64,000 bases of DNA from the human T2T-CHM13v2.0 reference genome, Homo sapiens. Below the pieces are notes generated by a model. The model did not search any database. It saw nothing but the letters and a program-made list of their open reading frames with translations, and was not told the DNA's origin. A program made the position numbers and the translations under genes. Location of the stretch: the NCBI RefSeq assembly GCF_009914755.1, contig NC_060946.1. One strand, given 5' to 3'. Below, piece by piece: positions 45,860 to 59,900 of the stretch (positions are counted from its first letter, which is position 1; the number at the start of each line of letters is the position of its first letter).

Positions 45860-47270
45860 GAAAGTGACTGGAGGGGTGCTTTCTGAATGATGTAACTTTC
45901 TGAATGATAAAAAGGTTCTAATTCTTGATAGGTGTGTATATGTAAAAGTTTATCGAATGGTACAGTCAAGATCTGTGCATTTCATTGCATGTAAATTTTC
46001 CCTCAGAAATTTGAAAAAAGAAATGTGGATAGTCTGATATAATTTATCCATGCCAAGCCTACTTTTTTTTTTCAATTTTTATTATAAATTTTCCTTTGAA
46101 ACCATGGCCAACCACAAACCACCAACCTGTCCCCACTCTCAATAGAAATCTCAATATTTCAAACAGCAAAATAGAGTGAGAGGACTTGGCCCTCTTCTAT
46201 CCTCCCATCACCTCCCTCTGGTGATTATTTGTGGTGGGAGGAGAACTGCTCTGTTCTCCCAAACCACCAATGCACTCACTCTGCTTCCACCTATGCTGCC
46301 TTCCCTCATTGCTCCAGGAACCCGTGGAAGAAGTCCAAAAATAAATATCCTGTTTTTCTCAATGTTTTAGGTAGAATCAGTGGTTTCTCACTTGAAAGTG
46401 ATCCAATGTCTTTGAAAGAAGCTTTCTTTAAAATGCAAATGCCATTATTTTCTCCACAGTGAAGGAAAGACCCTGGCTTTCCTCCCCAGCTCCAAGTGGG
46501 CTGTTCTGATTGCTTCCGGGTCCTGTCCTCATGGGGAGCAGCACCACGGGAGACTCTGCCTCTGCTGAGTTTTCTAACATTAGTGTCGGGAAACAAGAAT
46601 CTGCCACTGATGCTCCTTTTGTAAAGGTATAAACATGTATATAAAGGAACACCCCAGCACACCCTTCTTGTCCTTGTCCTCTTTTTCTTCCTCTGCTTCT
46701 TCATCCTCATTTTGTCTCTTCTCTATGCTTGCTGCTTTTCTCCTTTAATTTTTCTTTTGTCTTCCTCTGTTTCCCCCCGCCCCACCCCCACTCACTGCTG
46801 CTGTTTTACACTTACTTGGCTATCTGTGGAATTTGTTTCCAGAAATATTGGAAATCAACATGCCTATGGGATAGAACAGGGCTGGATTACAGAGTAGAAT
46901 CAACAACTTTACCTCTTCTAGCCAGAATGAATAAACATCTGTTTAAACAGAAGTCTAGGAACCATGAAGAACTGGAGGAGGTTACCCAAGAGCTAAGAAA
47001 CAATTGGGTGGAGTTTGGAAAGGCAGGGATTTGATAGAGTGCACAAAAGCTCCAGAGGAATGGAAATCAAATGCAAGAAGATTTTGGTTCAAGATAAGAA
47101 AAAATGTACCAAAAGGAAGACTTATACATTCACAAAATACCTGTCAGTTCCCTATTAGCAGAAGTTTTTACATTTAGAATTGATTGGAAATTTTAGAATA
47201 ACAAACATTTTTAACAGCACATAAGTTACACAGGGAAAATCTGAATTCAAATGCCTCAAAGCAGGTGCAA

Positions 47271-47300
47271 TTTTATTTATTTATTTATTTATTTATTTTT
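47271..47300. repeat. (ATTT)n microsatellite
   Basis: ttttatttatttatttatttatttattttt. Confidence 0.85.
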
Positions 47301-47498
47301 TACTGTCATCTGCTGGAAATGTAAGTCCACAACCACCAAGAATACTAAGATATTTTCCAAAGTGACATTATAAATCAGTAAATGGTTATGGAAAAATATC
47401 CTTTGGCCACGTTGCTCTGAGTTTAGAAACAATAATAACGGTCATAATGATAACAACAAACTTTCTAAGTTCACTGTGTGGTATAAAAATACAATGGC

Positions 47499-47856
<358 letters not shown>

Positions 47857-48448
47857 TTAAAATGTTTAATGGAAAATGGTGTATGTAGGCAACTTATATG
47901 TTGCTATTCAACATTTTTCTGAATGTCCTGCCCAATGCAATCAGACAAGAAAAAAAATATATAATAAGGAAGAAACAAATTGTCTTTTCTTTTTTTGAAG
48001 GTGATATGTTTGTCTAATTCAAAGGGAAAGAAAATAAAAATAACAACACATCTGACATTCATGTCCATAAGAAAAGAGATCAGTAAGAGGGCTGGATAAA
48101 TGGTGAATATTTTTTTAAAACATTTCCTTATACACGAGTCACAAGTTTCTTCCTTAAATTCTAGACTCCTGTGCAGGTACAATGCCTGTTTAATAGCACT
48201 ACTTATTTCGTAAATTATTCTCTCTTTCTTCCATTCCACAGATGTTTATGTAACCCCTATTATGTGCCAGGTCTTCTTTGACTCACTAGGGATTGAGTAT
48301 GACACAGATAAAAAGAAAATCCTGCCTGCATGGACCTTCCCCTCCAGTGGAGAACCAACCGGACTATTAAAAATGATATATTTTTGGTTAAAATCATGTG
48401 TGGTATATTAGGTAGTGATGCCTGCTAAGGAAAAAATAAAGTAAGGAA

Positions 48449-48750
48449 GGCAGGGTGCAGTGGCTCATGCTTGTAATCCCAGCACTTTGGGAGGCCAAGG
48501 CAGGCAGATAACAAGGTCAGGAGTTCAAGACCAGCTTGGCCAATATGGTGAAACCCCATCTCTACTAAAAATACAAAAATTAGCCAGGCATGGTGGCCCG
48601 TGCCTGTAGTCCCAGCTACTTGGGAGGCTGAGGCAGGAGAATCACTTTATCCCAGGGAGGCGGAGCTTGCAGTGAGCCGAGATCACACCACTGCACTCCA
48701 GCCTGGGTGACAGAGCAATACTCTGTCTCAAAAAAAAAAAATTAAATAAA
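48449..48750 (+). mobile_element. AluS (Sg/Sc-like)
   Basis: Full dimer; TSD AAATAAAGTAAGGAA. Confidence 0.97.
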
Positions 48751-48931
48751 ATAAAGTAAGGAAAACAGAGAGAATTGATAGAAAGAGGGTTATGCTTTTA
48801 GATGGGATGCCTGAGAAGGTCTAGGGGAGAGGGCATAGAGGTGTGAAATGCAGAAGAGCATTCTGGATAGAAGATACAAAGACCCCGAGGCAGCAGACTT
48901 CATGGCATGCTCCAGTGGCCTTGAGGGCCAG

Positions 48932-49279
48932 TGATATGGTTTGGCTGTGTCCCCACCCAAATCTCATCTTGAATTGTAGCTCCCACAATTCCCATGTGTT
49001 GTGGGAGGGACCTGGTGGGAGGTAATTGAATCACAGGGGTGGGTCTTTCCCATGCTGCTCTCATAATGGTGAATAAATCTCAGGAGATTTGATGGTTTTG
49101 TAAAGGGAAGTTTCCCTGCACAAGTTCTCTTCTCTTGCCTGATGCCATGTGAGATGTGCCTTTTACCTTCCACCATGATTGTGAGGTCTCCCCAGCCACG
49201 TGGAACTGTGAGTCTATTAAACCTCTTTCATAAATTGCCCAGTCTGAGGTATGTCTTTATCAGCAGCTGGACAAATACA
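48932..49279 (+). mobile_element. THE1B-type MaLR solo LTR
   Basis: tgatatggtttggctgtgtccccacccaaatctcatc...aaataca; perfect 5-bp TSD GCCAG at 48927-48931 and 49280-49284. Confidence 0.93.
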
Positions 49280-49885
49280 GCCAGTGTACCTGGAGTAGAG
49301 CAAGAGAAGAGAAGAGGGGTAGGAGAGGAGGTCATTCAGGAATCTGGGTCACTGTGAGGATGTTGCCTTTGTCATGAGAGAGATGGGATGCCACTGGAAG
49401 ACTCTGAGTCGAGGAGTGACCTGATTTCTACTTGACATTCAAGACAGACTTCTTGACTGCCCTTCACCCACACTCCAAAACTTGCTCCTTTCCCGGTATT
49501 TCCAGGTAACAAGTGGGTTCTCTTCTCTCTTCGCTGGTCACTCCGGCCATGATCCTTGGAGCCTTTCTCACACCTCTCCTCTTCTGTGACAACACACCAA
49601 ATCCATCATCAGATCCTGTTGGCCTTACCTTTAATACATAGCTCATCTTCTCAAGATTCCATGCTGGTCTAAGATATAATCCACTCTCTCCTGGGCTAGG
49701 GCAAGAGCCTCCTGCCTCATCTCCCTGTTTTCATTCTCACCCCCTATGCTCTGTATTTCATAGTGAAGTCACAATGATTCTTAAGAATATAAAAATCAAG
49801 GCATGTCTTTTGCATGCTCAGAATTCTCCAAACCCTTCCCATCACATCTAGAAAAAAACATCAGAGTCCTTGCTAGGTGTGTACA

Positions 49886-50905
49886 GGGATCCAGGGTCTT
49901 GCCCATTGCCTTTCTGATCTCAGCTCTTTCTATTCCTGCCCAGTTGGGATCCAGGGTCTTGCCCATTGCCTTTCTGATCTCAGCTCTTTCTATTCCTGCC
50001 CAGTTGGGATCTAGGGTCTTGCCCATTGCCTTTCTGACCTCAGCTCTTTCTATTCCTGCCCAGTTGGGATCCAGGGTCTTGCCCATTGCCTTTCTGATCT
50101 CAGCTCTTTCTGTTCCTGCCCAGTTGGGATCCAGGGTCTTGCCCATTGCCTTTCTGATCTCAGCTCTTTCTATTCCTGCCCAGTTGGGATCCAGGGTCTT
50201 GCCCATTGCCTTTCTGATCTCAGCTCTTTCTGTTCCTGCCCAGTTGGGATCCAGGGTCTTGCCCATTGCCTTTCTGATCTCAGCTCTTTCTATTCCTGCC
50301 CAGTTGGGATCCAGGGTCTTGCCCATTGCCTTTCTGATCTCAGCTCTTTCTATTCCTGCCCAGTTGGGATCCAGGGTCTTGCCCATTGCCTTTCTGATCT
50401 CAGCTCTTTCTATTCCTGCCCAGTTGGGATCCAGGGTCTTGCCCATTGCCTTTCTGATCTCAGCTCTTTCTATTCCTGCCCAGTTGGGATCCAGGGTCTT
50501 GCCCATTGCCTTTCTGATCTCAGCTCTTTCTATTCCTGCCCAGTTGGGATCCAGGGTCTTGCCCATTGCCTTTCTGATCTCAGCTCTTTCTATTCCTGCC
50601 CAGTTGGGATCCAGGGTCTTGCCCATTGCCTTTCTGATCTCAGCTCTTTCTGTTCCTGCCCAGTTGGGATCCAGGGTCTTGCCCATTGCCTTTCTGATCT
50701 CAGCTCTTTCTATTCCTGCCCAGTTGGGATCTGGGGTCTTGCCCATTGCCTTTCTGATCTCAGCTCTTTCTATTCCTGCCCAGTTGGGATCCAGGGTCTT
50801 GCCCATTGCCTTTCTGATCTCAGCTCTTTCTATTCCTGCCCAGTTGGGATCTAGGGTCTTGCCCATTGCCTCTCTGACCTCAGCTCTTTCTATTCCTGCC
50901 CAGTT
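49886..50905. repeat. Minisatellite/VNTR, 17 x 60 bp, nearly perfect
   Basis: Unit GGGATCCAGGGTCTTGCCCATTGCCTTTCTGATCTCAGCTCTTTCTATTCCTGCCCAGTT; variants only in units 3, 4, 6, 13, 15 and 17. Confidence 0.99.
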
Positions 50906-51159
50906 TGCTTTCACTTCTGAATCCCTGACCAACTTGCAGTTTCTCAAAGACCCCAACACATTCCCTCTTTAAAACCATTTCACGTTTTTTTCTTTGTCAA
51001 GGAGAGTTCTTCTTCCTGAGTCACCAGCTCATGTACTTTCTGTCTCTGCTCGAATTTCACCTCCTTAGAGAAGATAGCCCCTGTGTTCCTATTAAATGGT
51101 CTTCCCTTATCATCCTATTTCAAGTGGGCACATGCTCCATCATGTAATCTATAGAATCA

Positions 51160-52330
<1,171 letters not shown>

Positions 52331-52369
52331 AAGTTTGTTCAATATAACTGCAGATGATTCCGTGTAATA

Positions 52370-53760
52370 GAGAGAGAAGCCTCTCCTACTTTCACTCCTT
52401 GACCCCCAGACCCACGTTTTCTGGCTAAAGGCAGAGAAAGCCCCACACAGTAGTCTCTGATTCCAAGCATCTAATGCACCCTGTAAGACTTAACCCATCC
52501 TTTGGGGGTGTTCTGTCCTTCTGTGCTGTCACTGAGTCTTCAGAGTTCTTGTTCACCTCATGAATAGGCCATCTGCTTCTGGGTGATGGGGTATGCGGTG
52601 AGATCAGCTAATTCCCTGGGCAGGAGCTCTTTGCTGTCCTCCTTTGCTGTGGAATGAGTTCCCTGGCCAGAGGCTGCACTGACAGGAGGGCTGTGTTGGT
52701 GGAGAATGCATTCTGCGAGCCCAGGATGTTGGTGATGGTGGAGGCATCACAGGGTGGGAAGGCGCAGCCGTAGCCACCACAGGTGTTTCTTTCTGTGAGG
52801 ATGCATCTCTGTCTTGTCCGTGATGGAAGAAGTCCAGTGTCATCAACCTGCCTCCAGATGGCCAGCTGCTCCCCGCGGGGAATGGTGCCACATGGGGGCT
52901 CAATGTTGGTCTCTGCTGCTGGCAGATTGGGCACCCAGAAGTGACCTGAGCCAGGCCAGACTTGATGAGGGAAGTCCATGCCAAGTGCAGGCACAGCCTC
53001 CATCCCTGCCACCATGGCCACGGTGTTTAGGAGCCCATTGGACGATGACAGGGATGACTGGGGAAGGTGGCAGCCTTGTATCCACAGAATATGTTATCTT
53101 GTCCACCTGAGTATTAAGAATTTCTTCCAGGTGGTTGTTTTTTGGGGGCATTCATTCACATGGGACACACATATTTTCACAGTCTGTTTCCATTCTGAGA
53201 GGTCTATCCACAAACCTCTTCATAGCCAGCAATCTTCCAGTCTTGCTCTTTCCAAACCATTAGCAAATGCACACACATCAGTGTGGGTCTGTGCTTCTAG
53301 CCAGCTCTCACTCTAAACCTAAATACTGCTCGGAGCTCTGCTCACTGAAATAATTTTCCTTCCCCACTGTGCTCCAGGGTCACCCTGAGTCGGGCAATTG
53401 TGCTCCAGCTGTCCACTTTCAGGGGTAGCAGGAGATCATGCAGCTCCATCAGTATGTTCAGCTGAAGTTGGTTCTTCCTCAGTTGGTGTAAGAGACACCT
53501 TGAGAAGCCGTAGGCATGGCTCCTGGGGTCGGGGGAGGCAGTGCCTGGTGAGTTGGAGACACCTGCTCACCTTACATGTACCTTACAGACATGCCTGGAC
53601 GCCGTCTCTCATGCACCATTTCCATTTGACAATACATTGTTGCTGCCCACACCCAATCTACCCTGGGTCTCAGGGGATGAAAAGGGGTCTTCTGGGTAGA
53701 CAGATGTGGTGAGGGAACTCCAAGTTGGAGCACAGTCACGTTGCAAAAGGACAGGGGTGT
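52370..53760 (-). pseudogene. ERVL-class (HERV-L/ERVL-E-like) pol fossil: RNase H-integrase region, frameshifted
   Basis: Minus-strand translations QVDKIT...VIVQWA..GHGGRDGG, CPICQQQRPTLSP and GTIPRGEQLAIWRQVD..GLLPS...GYGCAFP match ERVL integrase motifs in three different frames. Confidence 0.88.
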
Positions 53761-55121
53761 GGGGGCCTGGTTTCGCGTAAGACCTGGCTGCAAAGTTGGA
53801 CAATGAAGACTGGGAGCCAGATGGGCCTGTTAAAATCCATCCAGGCTGTGGCACCATCATCTGGACAGTTAGGTATGAGGGGGATTTGCAGGGGGTGCGG
53901 CTGGGTTCAAATCAATTCGGTTCAAATCAATTCGGACCTCTTGGCCAGCCCTTCAGTTTGACAGCTGGGGACAAGGGACACTAAACTGGAGTTTGCCTGT
54001 GGTCCTGCCTGGGAGCACAGGGATAGCCTAGGTGGAGACAGGCAGGGAAGCCTGTGGCCACCTGGACCTCTTGCTCACCATCTCTGTTCTCAGTAGCTCC
54101 GTCTCAGAAATGAGAGGTAGCGTCCACCCCATCAGCTGACCCCCAGCCCCCACTGCAGTCATTTGAAACCAGGTACTACAGGTGGGCCAGGAGGTCAGCT
54201 TTTGAGGTTTTGTGAGAAAAACATTCATACCTGCTACTCCCTCATGGCACCAGAGAAAGTGGAATATTCCATTTGTACCCAATAAAAATACACCAGCGTT
54301 CTCATCCTAACACACCCCGCTGAACACTCTCCCTGGAGAGCGAGATGAGCAACCTGCTGGCCTGGTTTGCTGAGCAGGACGGTGCTGGGTACATGCATGA
54401 AGGTGCAGGACTAAGGATGACACACCCCCGGGCGCTTCCAACCACTTGGCAGTTTGCCTCATATAGGATCCCAGTCTCGTCTCAGAATAAGAGTGATTTC
54501 ACTGAAATTTGCTTGGCTTATCCTCCAGTCAGGCCCCAGCAGCAGCAGGGAGGTGCTGAGCCATGCTCTCCTTCTCCCGGGCTCTGTCCTGGCAGCCACA
54601 TCACAACTCCAAGGAGAGATGGCTGAGTCCCTTTCCCTGCTGGAGTTAGGGTGGTCTCTGACCTCTGCCTTTTAATTCTGGGTGAGTCAGGAGGATAAAT
54701 TGAGGGGTAAATCTCTGTGTAATATGAGCTCAATTTATTGCTGGTATGAGTCACACTTAGGTTGCATTTAGGAAAAAAAAAGTAACTGGAGAGTGAAAAT
54801 TGAATTAGATTTCTAGAAATTCAGGTAAAACAAGAGAACAAGGATGCAAGGAGGTTGGGTCCGTGAGTGGCGCTGAGCAGGGCAGGCGAGGCTCTGGCCT
54901 GTGGTCAGGGAGGCCCTGGGGACCATGCACAAACTTCGAGCAAGAGCGTCAGGAAGCAAGTCAGGCAGTGTGGGCAGGATGGATCTGGAGAACCTGGGGC
55001 GCTTTAATTTCACCCCTCAGCTCCTAAATGCAGCCTCACCAGAGAGGGGAGAAGGAAAGTTTCCAGATCATCTGCTGTGTTCCAGTCCCCTTGGTAGATA
55101 TTTCCATATTTGATAGGTCAT

Positions 55122-55508
55122 TGATATGGTTTGGCTCTGTGTCCCCACCCAAATCTCATCTTGAACTGTAATCCCCATGTGTCAAGGCAGGAACCTGATG
55201 GGAGGTGATTGGGTTATGGGGATGGTTTCCCATGCTATTCTTGTGATAGTGAGTCTCAAAAGATCTGATTGTTTTAAAAGCGGCAGTTTTTCCTCATTCT
55301 CAAACACCCTCCCTCCCGCAGCCTTGCGAGGGAGGTGCCTGCTTCCCCTTCGCCTTCCACCATGATTGTAAGTTCCCTGAGGCCTCCCAGCCATGCCTCT
55401 TGTTAAGCCTGTGGAACTGTGAGTCGATTAAACCTCTTTCCTTTATGATTACCCAGTCTTAAGTCTTAGGTAGTATTCTTTATAGCAGTGTGAGAACAGA
55501 CAAATACA
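55122..55508 (+). mobile_element. THE1D/MSTA-type MaLR solo LTR
   Basis: tgatatggtttggctctgtgtccccacccaaatc...gagaacagacaaataca; near-TSD GTCAT/ATCAT. Confidence 0.9.
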
Positions 55509-57189
55509 ATCATCCTTGCCACAGTGTCTCAGTTGCTTCAATTTAGGTATTATTCATTTCTCTTTGGAGTAAACTGAGGGAAAGAGAGGAAGTAACTTAT
55601 CTGTGGACACACCAGTTTCAGGTGAAGGGGCCAAGATGACATCCAGGTGTGTTTGGCTCCAAAAATATCTCTCTGCACAGCTCCAGGTGGCGCCTTCTCC
55701 CTCTCTCTCTTTCTCTCTTTCTTTCTTTGTCTCTCCAGTATTCCCCAAACATTTGTATGGACCTGGAACTCTCATTAGTCTTTTTCCATCTAGACCTCAG
55801 GGTGACTTCTCCCTGGACATACCTCTTCCTTCTCTACTCCTTCTCCAAAATCCATCACTTGGCTTAAGTTGGCAGAAGACACGTTCCTCCTCCTCCGTGT
55901 GGTCGGTGTGCTAGAAATACAAGCTTCCTACAGTTCCCTCTAAATGAATCTCTCCTTTTAATCTCTTACATGGCCCATCATCCTGAGTTCTCTAGCCTGG
56001 AGATGGATAATGGATGCAGGTGTGTTGAGAACCGCTTCTCAGCACGTTTTCATGGTTGGCTGGTACCTCTGAATGCAAGGTGGAGGACGTAACACTCTGA
56101 GTTCTTGGCCGCCATTCTGGGAGAGGACCCGTCCCATTTTAGTATGGGTTACACGCACATTTGTACCAAGCTTCCCACTAGAGCAAACTCCTCCATGCTG
56201 GAGGATGGTGTTACTTCATGTTGGTTTTTATTCTGTGTCCCTTGTTCACACAGTGGGGCATTCCAGACAGGGAGGCCTCGATCTGAGTGGCTGGAGGGTT
56301 GGGTTGTTCTGAGCACAATCTTGTAGGCAGGAGGGGGCCTGATGCTTCTGACTTCTGAGCCCTTGTTTTCAGAGAGCACAGGTAGTATTGTTCAGCGTCC
56401 CAGTGTGAAAAGTATTTTTAAATGTACTGGGTGAGGAGTACAATTGTTATTCAGACACAGTCTATTTTCCCCCTTGAAAGACTGCCTCTGAACACTGAGT
56501 TATTTTCCTGCTCTTTTTCAGTAAATCAAAGGTTTCGCCATCATGTAAACCCTTGGGCGACAGAGTCTCCCTGTCTCCCCCTGATATTGTTCTATGAGAT
56601 TTCGATGCTATCTTCATTGCCAGCAGCCCTGACAAAGATGCACTGCAGACGGATAGCCTCTCAGGTGAGATTAGATTGAACCCTCCTTATCTCTTCATTG
56701 TGGTTTCATCACTTTCAGGAGATGCTCTGTTGTGAGACCTTGCTTTGTTGTTGCTGTTCTTAAAGGGAACACTCCCTTTGTTAGGAAAATCTGACAGCTG
56801 GAAGCCGTGAGTTCTTGGCCCCTTGCCCTGAAGCAAGAGTGACCAGGCCTCTCTCCTGAGGGAAGGCCTTCCCAGGTGGGGACATGGGCCCTAAAGTGAG
56901 AACTGAAGCATTGTCCACTCCCTCTTTGATGCCACATGCATGGACGGTTCAGTGAATGTCGTGGGAACTCAGCTGTGCCCACCCCTGCTTTGTTACCCCG
57001 GCACTTTGGGAAACAGCAGAGTCCAGCAGAAACCACTGAAGTTTTGGGCTCGGAGGGATTCCAGTTCAAGCCCCGGCTTCACCACCTACAAGGTTCAATT
57101 TTGGTCTAGGAATGGAACTTCTCTGAGTCTTAGTTGCTGTCATCAATATTATTTTACTGTCATCATTATTTATAGTAAAATAATAACCT

Positions 57190-57385
57190 CTCAGACTCGA
57201 TAAGTCTATTTGCGTGCCTGACACAGTGTTATGAGGTTATTATGCCTTATTTAATGCCACCATCCCAGGTGGGTAAATTAGTATCATTCCATTTCATAGT
57301 TGGAGCAGCTGAGGCTCAGGGAGATTAATAATTTGTCCAAGACCCCACAGCTAACAAGTGGTGGTTCTGGAAGGAAACCAGGGTG
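57190..57385. mobile_element. MIR
   Basis: ccatttcatagttggagcagctgaggctcagggagattaataatttgtccaagaccccacagctaacaagtgg core. Confidence 0.8.
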
Positions 57386-59789
57386 GCTGCTCCAAAGCTG
57401 CCATCAGCCTGGGCATCTGCCAAGGTGCCGTCTCTACTGGGGCAGCCGCCACCTCCCAGCACCTGGAGAAAATGTAGCAGGCTAGTGAGTGGGGTGGGAG
57501 GTGGGCCCGTGTGGCTCACTCCATGCATGAAAAACCCGTAAGTGACAAATGCGTACGAAGCAGCGCTTCTCAGCCAGCTGGCCGTCACTGTCTGCAGATT
57601 GCCTGGCATTCGCCTTCTCAGAAGAATGAGTCTCAGACCTCAGGGTTCTGAGGTTCTGTGTTGATGTGGTGGCTCAGGTTTGCTTGGGAGGTTTCAGAGG
57701 CTTTCTGTGAGCTGGGCATTGCACACTTGGCGCCTGTTTATGTATTTAACACTTGTGGAAATCCTTTGAGGATTGAGGTCGCTGGTCCTCCCTTCTGAGT
57801 GTGACCTTTGGGGTGAATTTGCTCCAGCTGTTTTCAACCTTGTTACAAAGCCCTGCAGGGAGAGGCTGAGTTCAGTCAGTCCCGGAGGGAGGGGAGCTGG
57901 GGGCATCAGGGATGGGCCTGGCAGAGCAGTGGGTGTGGAGGGGCAGGTCCGGGGGAAGCCAGTGTGGGGCAGGAGGCTGGGCACCTCAGGGCTCCTCAGC
58001 TTCCTCCCCACCCAGCTCCGGGGGATGCCTCCGTGGCAGAACTCCTGGGTATGCTCAGGACCTGCTGGAGTCCAGAGAGGCCGGGGTGGTTTTCCAGTCT
58101 GCAAAGCCCATCCTGAGGTGGAGACTGATGCTTGAGATTCTCCACAGCTGACCTTCTCCAAGGTGGCTGGGGCCATTGAGCCCCTGGCAGGGCACTGGGG
58201 GCCTCTATGGGCTGACCAGCTCTGCACCCACCTCGCTCCACCCCTCAGCTGTGCCTTATCAGGACAAACTGCTGCTAGCTCCCGAGATGTCCTTGGATCT
58301 GTGGCCTTCTCGCCCCACACTCCCTATTCTGGCTGTGTGGAACCCTCTCCCCATCATTCCTCACTGGGTCTGTTCCTCCTCCTCCAAGTCGCTCATGGAA
58401 CAATTATCTACGGAATGCTCACTCATGCTGGTCATCAGGGTGCAGTAGCAGTAACGCAAGCAGCTGCCTCCAGAGCCCAAATCCTCCAAAGCTCCTCACC
58501 CAGCCCAGTGCCTCCTGGCTGCAGGTAGGGCCAGGGCCAGCTCATGTCCGTACCCCACAGCGAGCCTTGCTTGGAGCCTGACAAACCCTCCATGAAGGTC
58601 TTTGAGTTGAATGGGGCTAGTCCTTAGCAGGCAACCCCCTTCTCCTTGAGAGCCACACCATGCTCTAAGCTCACTCTCTGCAGCCAAGCTCTGCCGAAGG
58701 GCTAGAAGGATGGCCGGGACCCATCCCAGATACCCAAGTGATCCAACAAGGCTCCTGTGGGAAGTGGGGCTGGGCCAGGGGATGCTTTTGCAACTGCAAA
58801 CTCAATGTGCAGCTATGTCTTGGCAACTCCTGCCTGATGCTGCAGAGCCCCGGCATCTCACCTGCCCCTGCCCAGTCTCTACTTTCTTCCCACATGGACC
58901 TCTGTGTGTGGCATGTATATGTGAGTCCAGACACAAGCGCGCTCTCTCACAGCACCTGTGCTGGGCAGGTAGCAAAACCTCCGAGGAATGCGCAAATGCC
59001 TTTTTTCAGCTCCTGCTCTGCTGACTACGATTCAATATCCATGTCCAAATAGAGCAATGCAGTTTTCCCTTCCTTCCAGCCCTCCTCTGAAGAAGAAAGC
59101 TCTTTTTCCTCTTCCTCCCTCCTCACCATTGCTTCCCTCCTACGTTTAATAAGCTAGTGGGTTACTTACTGCAACCACCTTTTGTTTCCTAACCAGAATC
59201 AATTTTCTTTGCTTTTCTCTGTTCCCATTAATTGTGATTCATAGGAACTTAAAAGGCTCTCATAGCAGCATTTATATTTGGAAGCTGTAAATCTCAGAAA
59301 GTAACTTTCTCTTGGGATACATAGACACACGCACATCCTCCCTGACCTGCGAACAGCACTTTAGAGATTACAAAGCCTTTTCACAGTGACTGCCACATTT
59401 GAGTGTCCCCTGGCCCCAGGAGGGGTCAGGGCAGCTATTCTTCTCATTTTCTAAATAAGAAGAGAGACCTCTTGTATGTGGTGGCACAAGCTGGGGCGTG
59501 AGCCTTTCAACTCCCTGCTTTCCTCCTTCTGCCCAGAAACCCGGCCGAGAATTAGCAGCGGGGTAGAGGGCTTCCAGCTGAAGATGGGATCCAACTTCCT
59601 CCCTACTTAGTTCCTTGAGCGCAGCCAGGAGCCTCTGGGAATATCACACAGGTGACCATTTCAGCAGCAGAGCTAGGACTCTGTTGAATGGACTTGAGGA
59701 AATGGCTCCTGCTCTGAGAATTTGCAGATGTAACATGACCATCAACCAGCCCAGCCCAACATGACTGGACGCACGCCACATCCCTGAGG

Positions 59790-59900
59790 TGGTCAAACTC
59801 CTTCAAGGACTATCACAGCCTTTTGTAGAAGGTGGAAACAGGATTGGAGAGGTCAAGTCTTTTCTCTGAGGTCACACTACAGCTGCATCTCAGCTCAGCC
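59790..59900. mobile_element. MIR fragment
   Basis: ggaaacaggattggagaggtcaagtcttttctctgaggtcacac core. Confidence 0.6.

Larger units (their letters stand above)
39756..46010 (+). mobile_element. Old L1M ORF2 to 3'UTR, interrupted by MADE1, Alus and three LTRs
   Basis: A-rich strand with L1 ORF2 remnants (KSFFSSKDTIKKMERQATD) and 3' terminus atctgtgcatttcattgcatgtaaattt. Confidence 0.8.
48230..51100. mobile_element. L2 remnants in both orientations hosting an Alu, THE1B and the 60-bp VNTR
   Basis: L2 motifs: ctattatgtgccagg, gggatgccactggaagact, ccaaatccatcatcagatcctgtt, caagagcctcct, tttcacctccttagagaag. Confidence 0.65.

Noticed and set aside
38130-46010. L1 strand switch at about 39755 as a twin-priming inversion of one element
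   Set aside because: Both arms contain their own ORF2 C-terminus and 3'UTR, so they are two independent L1s
49886-50905. 60-bp array as a CRISPR array
   Set aside because: Units are contiguous and identical with no unique spacers, there are no cas genes, and the context is primate DNA
49803-50972. VNTR ORFs as a mucin-like (MUC1-type 60-bp repeat) or membrane protein gene
   Set aside because: Unit sequence and translations are not PTS-rich or MUC1-like; no flanking domains or exons; open frames are explained by a stop-free unit of 3n length
57694-58320. 208-aa minus-strand ORF
   Set aside because: Non-ATG start, GC-rich composition, no domain and overlapped by many similar ORFs in other frames
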